A stretch of 64,000 nucleotides of DNA from a virus (IMGVR_UViG_3300044297_000138:1-64000), one strand, 5' to 3'; positions 1 to 9,072 are shown, counted from the stretch's first letter. The notes: a model not told the origin generated them from the sequence alone. Numbers and translations: made by a program.

Positions 1-659
1 TTAGCAGCACCAAGTGATTTCAAATCTTTTAACCATTCAAAACCATCCAAAATTTTATGAACAAGGGCCTCAATCATATCTTTTAAACCACCAAACAAAC
101 CATTTTCTTTTTCTTTTTTTGTTATAGTGGCTGTTGGTGCACCCGTTAATTTAGAAATGGCAACAACCAATTCTTTGTGGCGTCTTTCAGATTCTAACTG
201 TTTTTCTTCCTCAAAATTTTGTTCTTTTTCACGGCGCTTTATATCTTGTTGATTTGATGTTTTCAAATAACTGTATATCTTCACCAACTGTTCGTTGATA
301 CCACCAATATCACCATCAGCTCCAGGTACAGGCCCAATTCTAGAAGCGGTTGATTTGCCTGCACCTATACGCAAAGGTCTATTGCGGCCAGTAAAGTTTT
401 CAATATCTCTGATATCACGACCAGCCAATTTACCATATAATGCAGGACCCAATTTTGAACCAAAGGTAAGAAACTTAACAATGTTCAGAGGATCAAACTT
501 TTCTTTGATACCTTTTATACTTGATTGAGTTTTTAGTGAGATGGTTTTTTTAATTGCTTTACCAATTGTTGGTTCATACAACAACTGATCGGCCAACAGA
601 TCTGTTAGTTTAGTACCACGAATTCTTCTGGCTTTTTGGTATGTTAAATTTTTATCCAT
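1..659 (-). CDS. Partial helical virion protein, tape-measure/hub-associated candidate (runs off window start)
   Basis: Read manually: ATG at 659 gives MDKNLTYQKARRIRGTKLTDLLADQLL..., open to position 1. Starts 2 nt after the stop of the 662-2206 ORF and shares an IY..L...E..RH.E...A.S motif with it. Confidence 0.75.
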   Translation of the reverse strand, partial: MDKNLTYQKARRIRGTKLTDLLADQLLYEPTIGKAIKKTISLKTQSSIKGIKEKFDPLNIVKFLTFGSKLGPALYGKLAGRDIRDIENFTGRNRPLRIGAGKSTASRIGPVPGADGDIGGINEQLVKIYSYLKTSNQQDIKRREKEQNFEEEKQLESERRHKELVVAISKLTGAPTATITKKEKENGLFGGLKDMIEALVHKILDGFEWLKDLKSLGAA

Positions 660-661
660 TT

Positions 662-2206
662 TTAATTACCTTTGGTAACTCTGTCAAAAGCAGACCTATC
701 ATCCACTTTATTTGGTTTACTTTCTGTTTGTGTGCCTGGCACAGTTATATTGTTGGTTACATTTTGTGGTGATGCGGATTGTTCTTGTAAATCTTTTTTC
801 ATTTCTGTATTTTCTTTACTCAATGCATCTATAGGTTGATCGACTGCATGAGGAATTAAACCTTGTTTTTGCAGTCTCTTGTTTAAAACAGATTCAAACT
901 CGGACGATTTAATTGTTCTCAATTCTCCGTTTGTTAATTTTCCAGTTTTTGGATTAACTTGAACAGGACTTTTTAAACCGGCAGCAACAAGCGCTTCTTC
1001 AACTGTCATGTCTGTATTTCTTTGTTTGTATACAGCTGCAGCTCCGCCAGCACCAAGATAGTGAGCCATGTATTCATAACCAGGAGTTAATGGAACACCC
1101 AATCGTTTTAATGTTGCAGTATCTTGTTCGTGCAATAATTTTTGTAGTTCTTCTTGAATTGTCGGTGTAAACTTTGTATTTTTTAAATCATATCCTTTTT
1201 GTTGCACTAAACCTGGTCTAAAGTTTCCTTTTTTATCATATGTTCCAAATAAAGTGGAATTCATAAATTGATATTTTCCCATCGCACTTGTGTTTGGTGC
1301 TTGTCTGTTTCTTTCTTTACCTAAAATATCAATTTCTTCTAATGTCAAATCTGTTAAATTTTTACCATTAAATTTTTTTTCTGGACTTAAATTTGGCCCA
1401 CGAACAACATTACCTTTTTTATCTAAAGTATCACCAAAAGTAATATCGTATTTTCCGCCAGATTCTGCGCCGCCAATTGCTGATGCCATTGTTCCTGCAA
1501 GAGCAGCGCCGGTGACAGCTTTTCCGACCGATGGTAAAACTGGTGTTTGAGAAATAGGTTTTGGTGCAACTGGTGCTTCTGCAACAGGCTTTGGTGTTAC
1601 TGTTGGTTTTGGTGTGGTTACAGGTTCAGCTGATGGTTTTGGTGCTGCAGCTGTAGGTGGTTCAGCTGATGGTTTTGGTGCTGCAGCTGTAGGTGGTTCA
1701 GCTGATGGTTTTGGTGCTGCAGCTGTAGGCGGTTCAGCTGATGGTTTTGGTGCTGCAGTTGTAGGTGGTTCAGCTTTTGGTGTTGCGGCCTTTGGTTGCT
1801 CAGCTTTTGGTGTTGCAGCCGTAGGTGGCTCAGCTTTAGGAGCTCCTGTTTTTGATGCCGCTTCAGGTGGTTTTTCACCTTTAGTTGGTGTAGTCGGTTT
1901 GGCTGGTTTTTCTTCCGCAACCTTTTTTTCTATTTGTTTTTTTGGTGGTCTTTTAAATGATAAGGCCTTGAGAATTTCTCTATGTCTTTTTTCTAATTCT
2001 CTTTCTTCTGCCTGATTTTGTTTTTTATCTGTTTTGTAATCAAGAGCTCTTTGTGTCTCTCTTTGCACCAACATTTTGTATATGCCAGAAAGTATTTCTG
2101 TGCTGGAAGAATTTTTACCAATAGAATCCTTGGTTTGTTCATTACTACGAAACAAACCCATAACTCTTTTGACAATACTTTTACCTTCTTCTGATACTTC
2201 TGGCAT
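662..2206 (-). CDS. Virion protein with Pro/Ala-rich linker and lytic transglycosylase/lysozyme-like domain (tape-measure-like position)
   Basis: AIGGAESGG (catalytic ES), SAMGKYQF and YMAHYLGAGGA resemble SLT/GH23 motifs I-III; PKPSAEPPTAAA repeats; lies downstream of gp26/gp51. Confidence 0.65.
   Translation of the reverse strand: MPEVSEEGKSIVKRVMGLFRSNEQTKDSIGKNSSSTEILSGIYKMLVQRETQRALDYKTDKKQNQAEERELEKRHREILKALSFKRPPKKQIEKKVAEEKPAKPTTPTKGEKPPEAASKTGAPKAEPPTAATPKAEQPKAATPKAEPPTTAAPKPSAEPPTAAAPKPSAEPPTAAAPKPSAEPPTAAAPKPSAEPVTTPKPTVTPKPVAEAPVAPKPISQTPVLPSVGKAVTGAALAGTMASAIGGAESGGKYDITFGDTLDKKGNVVRGPNLSPEKKFNGKNLTDLTLEEIDILGKERNRQAPNTSAMGKYQFMNSTLFGTYDKKGNFRPGLVQQKGYDLKNTKFTPTIQEELQKLLHEQDTATLKRLGVPLTPGYEYMAHYLGAGGAAAVYKQRNTDMTVEEALVAAGLKSPVQVNPKTGKLTNGELRTIKSSEFESVLNKRLQKQGLIPHAVDQPIDALSKENTEMKKDLQEQSASPQNVTNNITVPGTQTESKPNKVDDRSAFDRVTKGN
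1623..1826. repeat. Coding tandem repeat: four 36-bp units plus two degenerate 30-bp units
   Basis: ggttcagctgatggttttggtgctgcagctgtaggt at 1623, 1659, 1695, 1731 with single-base variants; encodes PPTAAAPKPSAE on the minus strand. Confidence 0.95.
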
Positions 2207-2395
2207 TTAACTTTTCATCCGTTCTCTTAGTTTTCTATTTTCTTCTTCCAAATACTGAATCAATAAGGTAACATAAATGTCACGTTCCCATGGTATCATA
2301 TCTTCAAGTTCGGTCAGACTATATTTGTGGTGTTGCATCAATCCAAAATTAGTCTTATAATAATTACTTAATGTATCATAACAAATTAAAATGCG
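2207..2395 (-). CDS. gp51: Baseplate hub assembly protein gp51-like (no ATG before the conserved N-terminal block; possibly reached by -1 frameshift)
   Basis: Frame reads RILICYDTLSNYYKTNFGLMQHHKYSLTELEDMIPWERDIYVTLLIQYLEEENRKLRERMKS*; NF.LMQHHKYSL.E.E.M.PWER is the gp51 signature of cyanophage-like T4s. Absent from the ORF track. Confidence 0.85.
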   Translation of the reverse strand, partial: RILICYDTLSNYYKTNFGLMQHHKYSLTELEDMIPWERDIYVTLLIQYLEEENRKLRERMKS

Positions 2396-3114
2396 AAAAA
2401 ACTTTCAAGACCCTCAACTTCCATTTTATGATGAAAACCGCATTTAGAACAGGTCATTTCAATATTCTTTTTCATCTTTGGTAGATTCGCAAAGAATTTT
2501 TCAATCTTTTCAAATTGTTGTTGACTCAACTGTTCAATAAACTCCAACAATTCTTCTTTGGTTGTTTCTTTTGCATAATAAAATTGTTCGCCATCATAGA
2601 TATATTCAATTGAGCTGGCAATCATATTAAAGGTTACATCAGTAATATTATCAACATTAACAGAATCTTTAATAATACCAAATTTTGGATATCTCATCTT
2701 GATAACGATTTTATCCGTCAATTTGATTTCAGGATCAATCTTTTCTTCCCATTCTGGTTTGATTTGAGTTAAATCAACTTTTGCATCCATCGTATTACCA
2801 CATTCTTGTCCATTCACATCATTGTTGCAACGATATTTTGATTCAACAATTTCACCGACCGATTTTGCACGAAGATTAACAAAATAATATTCTATATCTA
2901 AAATTGGTAAGTCATCTATATCAATATTTTTTGTCATGGTACAGACGTTTAGAATCTCTCTGACATTATATTGGATGGTCTCCGCATCACCGGATTCCAT
3001 GGCCATCATCAGGTTTTTCTGTTCTTTGACCAAGAATGGTCGGTATTTAATTTTCTTTCCAGAAAGTGGCAATTCAAGTTCGTATGTTGGCACTTCAAGT
3101 TTAGGTAAAGCCAT
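2386..3114 (-). CDS. gp26: Baseplate hub assembly chaperone gp26
   Basis: MALPKL..PTYEL.LP.SGK.IKYRPFLVKEQK, LRAKSVGE, Cys motifs and C-terminal EGLESFF are typical of gp26. Confidence 0.9.
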   Translation of the reverse strand: MALPKLEVPTYELELPLSGKKIKYRPFLVKEQKNLMMAMESGDAETIQYNVREILNVCTMTKNIDIDDLPILDIEYYFVNLRAKSVGEIVESKYRCNNDVNGQECGNTMDAKVDLTQIKPEWEEKIDPEIKLTDKIVIKMRYPKFGIIKDSVNVDNITDVTFNMIASSIEYIYDGEQFYYAKETTKEELLEFIEQLSQQQFEKIEKFFANLPKMKKNIEMTCSKCGFHHKMEVEGLESFFAF

Positions 3115-3129
3115 AATATCTCCTCAGTT

Positions 3130-3669
3130 TTAAATGACAAATGTTCTATTGAACCATCTAGTATAAGCAAAAGTTACTGTTAATTTATGATATCCATCAG
3201 CAGACCAGTCTAAATCCATCTGGTTCATGGAGATTGGATAACATTCAAAGAAATCAGCAGAATAAACAATTTCGTTTTCTGTATTGTATTGATTCACGGT
3301 CAAATATGTTGCATAATCTGCTTTGTATTTGAAGTTATTTGTAAACGCAGGGTTGATATACTCCAACCATGCATCAAAAATATATTTCTGATTCATCTCA
3401 GAATCAACGATGAAAGTCAAATCCAAGTCGTTGTATGTGGTCAAATATGGATACTTTTCAATAGGTCCATATGTTTTTTGTTCTGTTGTTGCAAAGGTTC
3501 TACTTGGCAACATAGCATTTTCACAGCTGTATTTGAGTGTTCGGTTTGCGTTTGGTTGACCCGCAAAAACAGTCAAAACAGGAGGAACAATGATGGATAC
3601 ATCAAAACGATTGGGCCTTGCAAGTTCTTTTTTAAAATTGGCCTTGAAATCTGCGATACTTCCTGCCAT
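3130..3669 (-). CDS. gp54: Tail-tube-like protein / baseplate-tail tube initiator (gp54/gp19 family)
   Basis: LARPNRFDV, C....LPSR, YPISM..MDL.W, LTVTFAY; tube-fold motifs; next to gp2. Confidence 0.7.
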   Translation of the reverse strand: MAGSIADFKANFKKELARPNRFDVSIIVPPVLTVFAGQPNANRTLKYSCENAMLPSRTFATTEQKTYGPIEKYPYLTTYNDLDLTFIVDSEMNQKYIFDAWLEYINPAFTNNFKYKADYATYLTVNQYNTENEIVYSADFFECYPISMNQMDLDWSADGYHKLTVTFAYTRWFNRTFVI

Positions 3670-4290
3670 TTAGTGTGTCCTTATTTCGTCTACGGATTCT
3701 TGCCAAACATTCTTGGCACTTTCTTTTTTGAACTGGTGTATTGGCAAATATAGTGCAATATCCCATTCCTGTGGTTCCACGGCCAATATTCTGGAACGAA
3801 CATGACCATACAAATACTTTTTGATACAAGGCCTAAACTCTTTGTATCTGTTGGATGCATCAAGTATAGGATATGTAATTCTTATTCTTTTGATTTCATC
3901 TTCATCATTATAAATTGCAAGTGGCAACAACTTTCTCATAAAATTGATGCGGTATCTGATAGGCAAATAATGAAAGTTCAGTCCAATAAATCCATCAGCC
4001 TCTCGTTTTAAGGGCATTACCAATGGAAAATTGTCATAATAAGGTAATTCTTTTTTGGTCTTTGGATCATACCAAAAATAGTATAATCCACCCATCAAAA
4101 ACTTCTGTCTGTCACTTGCACGAACATAACGATGTGTCTCCTTTGTCAACGGTCTGACCATACCATAAGGATTTCTTAATCCTTGTATGCGTTTCATCAA
4201 CCATGTCAAAGATTCACGGCTCATTGTTCTATGTTGAGCTGCTATCTTTTCGTCAGATAATGTAGTAAGAATAGAGGGTTTTGTAGCCAT
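3670..4290 (-). CDS. gp2: DNA end protector protein
   Basis: YDPKTK..LPYYD.FPLV, GLNFHYLP...R, PCIKKYL..HVRS, W..A..LP...F are gp2 motifs. Confidence 0.9.
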   Translation of the reverse strand: MATKPSILTTLSDEKIAAQHRTMSRESLTWLMKRIQGLRNPYGMVRPLTKETHRYVRASDRQKFLMGGLYYFWYDPKTKKELPYYDNFPLVMPLKREADGFIGLNFHYLPIRYRINFMRKLLPLAIYNDEDEIKRIRITYPILDASNRYKEFRPCIKKYLYGHVRSRILAVEPQEWDIALYLPIHQFKKESAKNVWQESVDEIRTH

Positions 4291-4295
4291 TACAA

Positions 4296-4303
4296 TATTT
4301 ATG
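4296..4303 (-). promoter_or_regulatory. T4-type late promoter CATAAATA upstream of gp2
   Basis: NATAAATA match 5 nt before the gp2 ATG. Confidence 0.6.
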
Positions 4304-4738
4304 TCATAAACCTAGGTGATCCTCTGTCAGAATCTTGAACTCCCAACCACGGTCCTTACAATATTCTAAGGCTGATTTCCATTTGGCCTGATTGACACCC
4401 CAAGTGGCAACCTCAGTAATATAACGTTTTGTTACACGTTTCTGTTTCTCTGGAGGTTGTGTTTGTTTCTTTGGTTTGACCTCTAACATCATGGTTCTGG
4501 TCTTACCGTCTTGTGTTTTGACTTTAACGATGAAGTCTGGAAAGTAACGATGCCACTTGTTATCCACAGGAGAATAGTAAGGAATTGCAATTTCCTCTGA
4601 TGCCCATGTCACAATACCTGGGTTTTTGTCGAGCCAATTCATCACTTTCGCTTCCCAGGTTGAGCGATAAATGATATTCGTTGGGTCTCCTGCGTATTTA
4701 CCAGGGTTTTTGGGTCTGAATGTTCCGGAATATGCCAT
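4304..4738 (-). CDS. gp4: Head completion nuclease (TnsA-like PD-(D/E)xK)
   Basis: MAYSG.F.PKNP.KY.GD..NIIYRS.WE, YFPDF, EVKPKKQT, NQAKW, F.ILTE; start reassigned to ATG at 4738. Confidence 0.92.
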   Translation of the reverse strand: MAYSGTFRPKNPGKYAGDPTNIIYRSTWEAKVMNWLDKNPGIVTWASEEIAIPYYSPVDNKWHRYFPDFIVKVKTQDGKTRTMMLEVKPKKQTQPPEKQKRVTKRYITEVATWGVNQAKWKSALEYCKDRGWEFKILTEDHLGL

Positions 4739-4743
4739 AAATA
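4736..4743 (+). promoter_or_regulatory. Late promoter CATAAATA upstream of gp48
   Basis: NATAAATA match overlapping the gp4 start codon at the divergent junction. Confidence 0.6.
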
Positions 4744-4770
4744 ATATATATATTTTTTTTCGGAAACACA

Positions 4771-5841
4771 ATGGCAGTATCAATCATACAAAACTATGGT
4801 TCCAATAACAATCCAGCAAATGCGCCATTTTCTGGACCTTTAGCCGCATTGTATAACAATCGTTATGCATTTGAAGCATTACAATATCCCCGTGACCTAG
4901 GAACAACCTACAAAGGTCATATTGTTAAGTTTGATGTTTATAAAGTCAAACCCTATACATTAACAGAGGTATCAAATTATGTAGGCAACAAACTTAATAA
5001 TGCTTCTGATACTCTTGGTAAAGCATATGAACAAGCAAAAGCTGTAGCTTCAGATCCAGCAAAAGCAGTAGTAAATGGTGTTGATTATGCAACACAACAA
5101 TTATCACAACAATATGATGCAGCAAAAAATCTAGCACAAGACTTTCAAAATGCCGGTGGACTTGCTGGTGTAACCGATCAGATGGTAAACGGTATCAAAT
5201 CAAACTATGGTCAATTTATAAGTGGCAACCTTACCGATGCTAGAATACAGATTGAACCAAGAAATGAAAAAATAGACAAAAGCATTTCTCTTTATATGCC
5301 GGATACTGTTGATTTTTCCTACGAGGCAAAGTATAACACTGCCAGTTTAGGTAATATAGTTGGTTCACTACCACTTGTTGGTAAAATTGTTTCGGCTGTA
5401 ACATCAGGCGAAGCAACAAGATTGGCTTTAAATGCTGCTGGTTATGTTTTTAATCCACAACAACAAATGTTATTTGAAGGTATAGATTTTAGAACTTATA
5501 CTATGAATTTTGTTTTTACACCGAGTTCCGCACAAGAAGCAGAAAATATAAAAAACATTATAAAAACTTTTAGACAATATGCAGCACCAACAGTTGTTAG
5601 AGGTCTTGCAGGTTTCTTCTTCAATCCTCCGGGCATGTTTGATGTAAGTTTCTTATATAATGGACAACAAAATGCTAAATTAAACAAAATTAAAAAGAGT
5701 GTTATAACTAATGTTGATGTGAATTATGCACCAAACGGGTGGGCAGCACATGAAGATGGTGCGCCAGTTCAAACAACATTGACACTACAATTTCAAGAAA
5801 TGTCACTTACTGATAGTTCTGATATCGCAAACGGTTATTAA
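4771..5841 (+). CDS. gp48: Baseplate tail tube cap
   Basis: L.YP.DL, ISLYMPD, NPQQQMLFEG.DFRTY...F.F.P.S..EA..I..II..F, VNYAPNG, LTLQFQE. Confidence 0.85.
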   Translation: MAVSIIQNYGSNNNPANAPFSGPLAALYNNRYAFEALQYPRDLGTTYKGHIVKFDVYKVKPYTLTEVSNYVGNKLNNASDTLGKAYEQAKAVASDPAKAVVNGVDYATQQLSQQYDAAKNLAQDFQNAGGLAGVTDQMVNGIKSNYGQFISGNLTDARIQIEPRNEKIDKSISLYMPDTVDFSYEAKYNTASLGNIVGSLPLVGKIVSAVTSGEATRLALNAAGYVFNPQQQMLFEGIDFRTYTMNFVFTPSSAQEAENIKNIIKTFRQYAAPTVVRGLAGFFFNPPGMFDVSFLYNGQQNAKLNKIKKSVITNVDVNYAPNGWAAHEDGAPVQTTLTLQFQEMSLTDSSDIANGY

Positions 5842-5842
5842 A

Positions 5843-6442
5843 ATGAAATATTTTCAAAAATTACCTAAAGTTTTGATTAGAGATGAGAAAGGTGTTTCAA
5901 CACTTTATACAAACATCATGGCCAGAGCCAGTATTATTAATGACATACTGGATAATCCAATGTTGTTTTACAAATATGATATTCAAGATGGTGATACACC
6001 AGAAATTGTTGCTGACAAATATTACGGAAACAGTTATCGTTTTTGGTTAATTATGTTTTCCAATAGGATGTTGGATCCACAATGGGATTGGCCATTAAAT
6101 TCAACCAACTTTAATAAGTATATTGATGACAAATATCAAGATTTTGATCCTTATTCAACAGCATATAAGTATGAAAAGATTGTTACGAGTTATGAATCAA
6201 ACACACAAACAACAACTGTTGATAAATTTGTAATTGATGAACACACTTATGATACTTTGGTAGAAAGCACACAATCTTATACTTTTCCATCTGGCACAAC
6301 AATAATTACCATATCAAAAAATTCAACATCATATTTTGAATATGAAATGGAAAAGAATGAAAGTAAAAGAAACATAAAATTATTAAAACAAGAATATGCA
6401 TCAAAAATTGAAAATGAATTTATTAAATTGATGGAACAATAA
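5843..6442 (+). CDS. gp53: Baseplate wedge subunit (LysM-like)
   Basis: MKYFQKLP, Y.IQDGDTPEIVADKYYG, W.I...N...DPQWDWPL, EYE...NE.KR.IKLL. Confidence 0.9.
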   Translation: MKYFQKLPKVLIRDEKGVSTLYTNIMARASIINDILDNPMLFYKYDIQDGDTPEIVADKYYGNSYRFWLIMFSNRMLDPQWDWPLNSTNFNKYIDDKYQDFDPYSTAYKYEKIVTSYESNTQTTTVDKFVIDEHTYDTLVESTQSYTFPSGTTIITISKNSTSYFEYEMEKNESKRNIKLLKQEYASKIENEFIKLMEQ

Positions 6443-7812
6443 TGGCAGAAGAAGTCGCATACGATATGGGTGAAACGCCTCAGAATACATCATATTATTC
6501 TCAGGACGGAAGTATAGACAAGATGCAAATTTTGACTGCATCGGGTCAAAAAATTGATGTTAAAAAATTGTTGGTTGAATTTTCTTATTATGAAGATATA
6601 TTTAATTTTGTGGTATCTGGTTATATCATTTTAAAAGATTCTATTGGCCTTGTAGAAAAATTGCAATTAACAGGCAAAGAATTTTTAGAAGTCAATTTTG
6701 GTAAAGCCAGAGGTCTGACAACCAACAACGATTTTATGTTTAGATTATATGCAATACCAAAAAGAACACCAACTGGTAATTTAAACACAGAATTCATTAA
6801 ATTATATTTTTGTTCAGAAGAATTGTTACTTTCAGAACAAATAAAAGTTACAAAATCTTATTCAGGAACACCAATAAACAAAATAATTTATGATATTTTG
6901 GTGGATAAGATGAAGGTCAAAACAACAAATGTTTTTATTGAACCAACTTTGGGAAATTATGACTTTAATGTAAATACATTGAAACCGTTTGAAGCAATCA
7001 GTTGGGTTTCTTGTTATGCCAGACCAACCACGGGTATGAATGTTGGTGCGGATATGTTGTTGTATGAAACACAAAATGGTTTTAATTTCAGGTCAATTAA
7101 TAGTTTGATGAAACAACCAATTTATAATGAATACATCTATCAACCAAAAAACTTAGAAAATAGTGATTTTCAAAATCAATTAAAAACTGTATTGGATTAC
7201 GAATTTATAAAAACATTCAATTCTTTAGAAGATATAAATTCAGGAACTTTCTCCAATCGTCTAATATCTTTGGATCCATTGAATAGAACAGTAAAAGTAA
7301 CAAACTTTGATTATGCAAAATATCTTGGTTTGACTGGTGGAACATCAGCTTTGGCACCATCACCAAACAGATTGGGTAAAACACAAAATCAAGCATATAC
7401 AGGAACTTTGAAGTTGGCTGTTGGCAATTCAGAACAGAAAAAGAAAGATTATGTTAAAGACGGATTAGATTCCCTGGCGAATGATATATATTTGGAGACT
7501 TTTATTCCTAACAGAACTTCACAGTTATCTTTGGCCACATATACAAGAATAAAAATAAGAATTCCTGGTGATGCTTCAATTACAGTAGGCAAAACAATTA
7601 ATTTTAATTTGATGAGTCTTATGGCCAACGACCAATCTGAAAAAGGATTTGACAAATATTATTCAGGTAAATATTTGGTTACCGCAGTTAGACATATTAT
7701 ACAATCAGAAGGTGCATTTCAGACAATATTAGAAATTGCAAAAGAGAAACCAGCAACTTCATATCAAAGTATGAGCACAACAACAGACTTTAGACAGGCA
7801 CTATTTGAATGA
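6442..7812 (+). CDS. Baseplate hub protein (gp27/late-control-D-like)
   Basis: YEDIF...SG.....DS.GL, LYETQNGFNFRS, I.IPGD..ITVG..I, YSGKYLVTAVRH; between gp53 and gp5. Confidence 0.7.
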   Translation: MAEEVAYDMGETPQNTSYYSQDGSIDKMQILTASGQKIDVKKLLVEFSYYEDIFNFVVSGYIILKDSIGLVEKLQLTGKEFLEVNFGKARGLTTNNDFMFRLYAIPKRTPTGNLNTEFIKLYFCSEELLLSEQIKVTKSYSGTPINKIIYDILVDKMKVKTTNVFIEPTLGNYDFNVNTLKPFEAISWVSCYARPTTGMNVGADMLLYETQNGFNFRSINSLMKQPIYNEYIYQPKNLENSDFQNQLKTVLDYEFIKTFNSLEDINSGTFSNRLISLDPLNRTVKVTNFDYAKYLGLTGGTSALAPSPNRLGKTQNQAYTGTLKLAVGNSEQKKKDYVKDGLDSLANDIYLETFIPNRTSQLSLATYTRIKIRIPGDASITVGKTINFNLMSLMANDQSEKGFDKYYSGKYLVTAVRHIIQSEGAFQTILEIAKEKPATSYQSMSTTTDFRQALFE

Positions 7813-8153
7813 CTTTTAAGAATTTTTTAGGTAAAGATGGATTTTTCTGGTGGGTCGGTGTGATAGAAAATCGCATGGACCCTCTTGCTCTTGGTCGTTG
7901 CCAAGTCCGTATTTTTGGTTGGCACCATGATGGTAGCACAGATTCCAAACAAAGGGTTCCTGTGACGGATTTACCATGGGCAACACCTTTATATCCATGT
8001 AACACCGGAACTAAAACCTTTGGTACTCCAGAACTAGGTGATTGGGTTGTTGGTTTCTTCTTTGATGGCCAAGCAGGACAGTTTCCGGTGATGTTAGGTG
8101 TCTTACCTGGTTTCAATCCTACAGCAGAAGATTTGGCTAAATCAGCAGGATAA
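7809..8153 (+). CDS. gp5: Stand-alone gp5 N-terminal OB-fold domain
   Basis: FFWWVGVIENRMDPLALGRCQVRIFGWH, DLPWA, GDWVVGFFFDG..GQFPVMLG; stops right after the OB fold. Confidence 0.88.
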   Translation: MTFKNFLGKDGFFWWVGVIENRMDPLALGRCQVRIFGWHHDGSTDSKQRVPVTDLPWATPLYPCNTGTKTFGTPELGDWVVGFFFDGQAGQFPVMLGVLPGFNPTAEDLAKSAG

Positions 8154-8156
8154 AAA

Positions 8157-9065
8157 ATGGAAAATTTACCAGACGATTATTATAGTAATGTAGGAAAAAC
8201 AGAACTTTATAATTTTAAAGTCGTGGAGAAATTTCCTCCAAATTCACCATTTGCAAAATTAATGGGTTCTCCAGGTGTTCAAAATACACCATCGTTAGCC
8301 CGTGGTAATTTGAACAGTTCTGTTATTCAGGTAATGAATGGTAATCTTGCACATGCTTGTGATTTCAAATTCATTTTCAATGTCAATATTGATTTGTTTA
8401 CAGGTTTAACGAATCCTGTAACTGCCATTCAAAATGCAATAAGAAATGCACAAATGAAGGCGGCCACAAAATTAAGAAATTTAGTTAAAGATGCTGCACA
8501 GAATTTTAGAAAAGCCATTGAAGCTCTTGTTAATGTAATGGGTTTAGATCCTTCTGGTCAGATATCATATTATTTTTCTTTGGGAAAAGACATACTTAGA
8601 AAAGTAAATGAGGCGATAGAATATGTCGCCGAGGTGACAGAAACTGTATTGGAATGGGTTTTCTTTGCACAACAGATTCAACAATTAATTAACTGGGTTA
8701 TGAGTCTGCCAGAAAAAATTAAAAATCTTGTTTTAACCTGCTTGAACAGTTTTAGCAATTCAATCAAAGCAATCGCAAACAACATTCAATCTTTGCCATC
8801 ACAAATTCAAAATTTGACTAAAGCACAAATAACTGCTGTTGCAAATCAATTTTCTGCGGCGGCACAAACCGCAGCTTCTGCTGCACAAGACGGTTTCAAT
8901 ACAAACAATTCAAATTTACCTAATGGTGTAATTGATGCAATCAACGCACCACAAGAAGTAAATACGAATTCTTTGGCGTTAGACATTGAAATGACTTTAC
9001 CAACACAAAATGAAGTTACTGCAAATTCTGTTGGATCACAAATGTCACAAATGCAATCACCTTGA
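8157..9065 (+). CDS. Hypothetical helical protein between the two gp5 pieces
   Basis: 302-aa ORF with amphipathic/coiled-coil Ala/Gln/Asn-rich sequence; in frame with the OB ORF. Confidence 0.7.
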   Translation: MENLPDDYYSNVGKTELYNFKVVEKFPPNSPFAKLMGSPGVQNTPSLARGNLNSSVIQVMNGNLAHACDFKFIFNVNIDLFTGLTNPVTAIQNAIRNAQMKAATKLRNLVKDAAQNFRKAIEALVNVMGLDPSGQISYYFSLGKDILRKVNEAIEYVAEVTETVLEWVFFAQQIQQLINWVMSLPEKIKNLVLTCLNSFSNSIKAIANNIQSLPSQIQNLTKAQITAVANQFSAAAQTAASAAQDGFNTNNSNLPNGVIDAINAPQEVNTNSLALDIEMTLPTQNEVTANSVGSQMSQMQSP

Positions 9066-9072
9066 GGTATAA

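Noticed and set aside
1623-1826. 36-bp repeats as a CRISPR array
   Set aside because: Units are directly adjacent with no spacers and encode an in-frame Pro/Ala linker; no cas genes.
295-2015. Plus-strand ORFs 295-528, 1290-1550 and 1614-2015
   Set aside because: Antisense shadows of the minus-strand genes and their tandem repeat.
4739-4783. Upstream start for gp4 given in the ORF track
   Set aside because: Would overlap the gp48 start; the conserved gp4 N-terminus is MAYSG at 4738.
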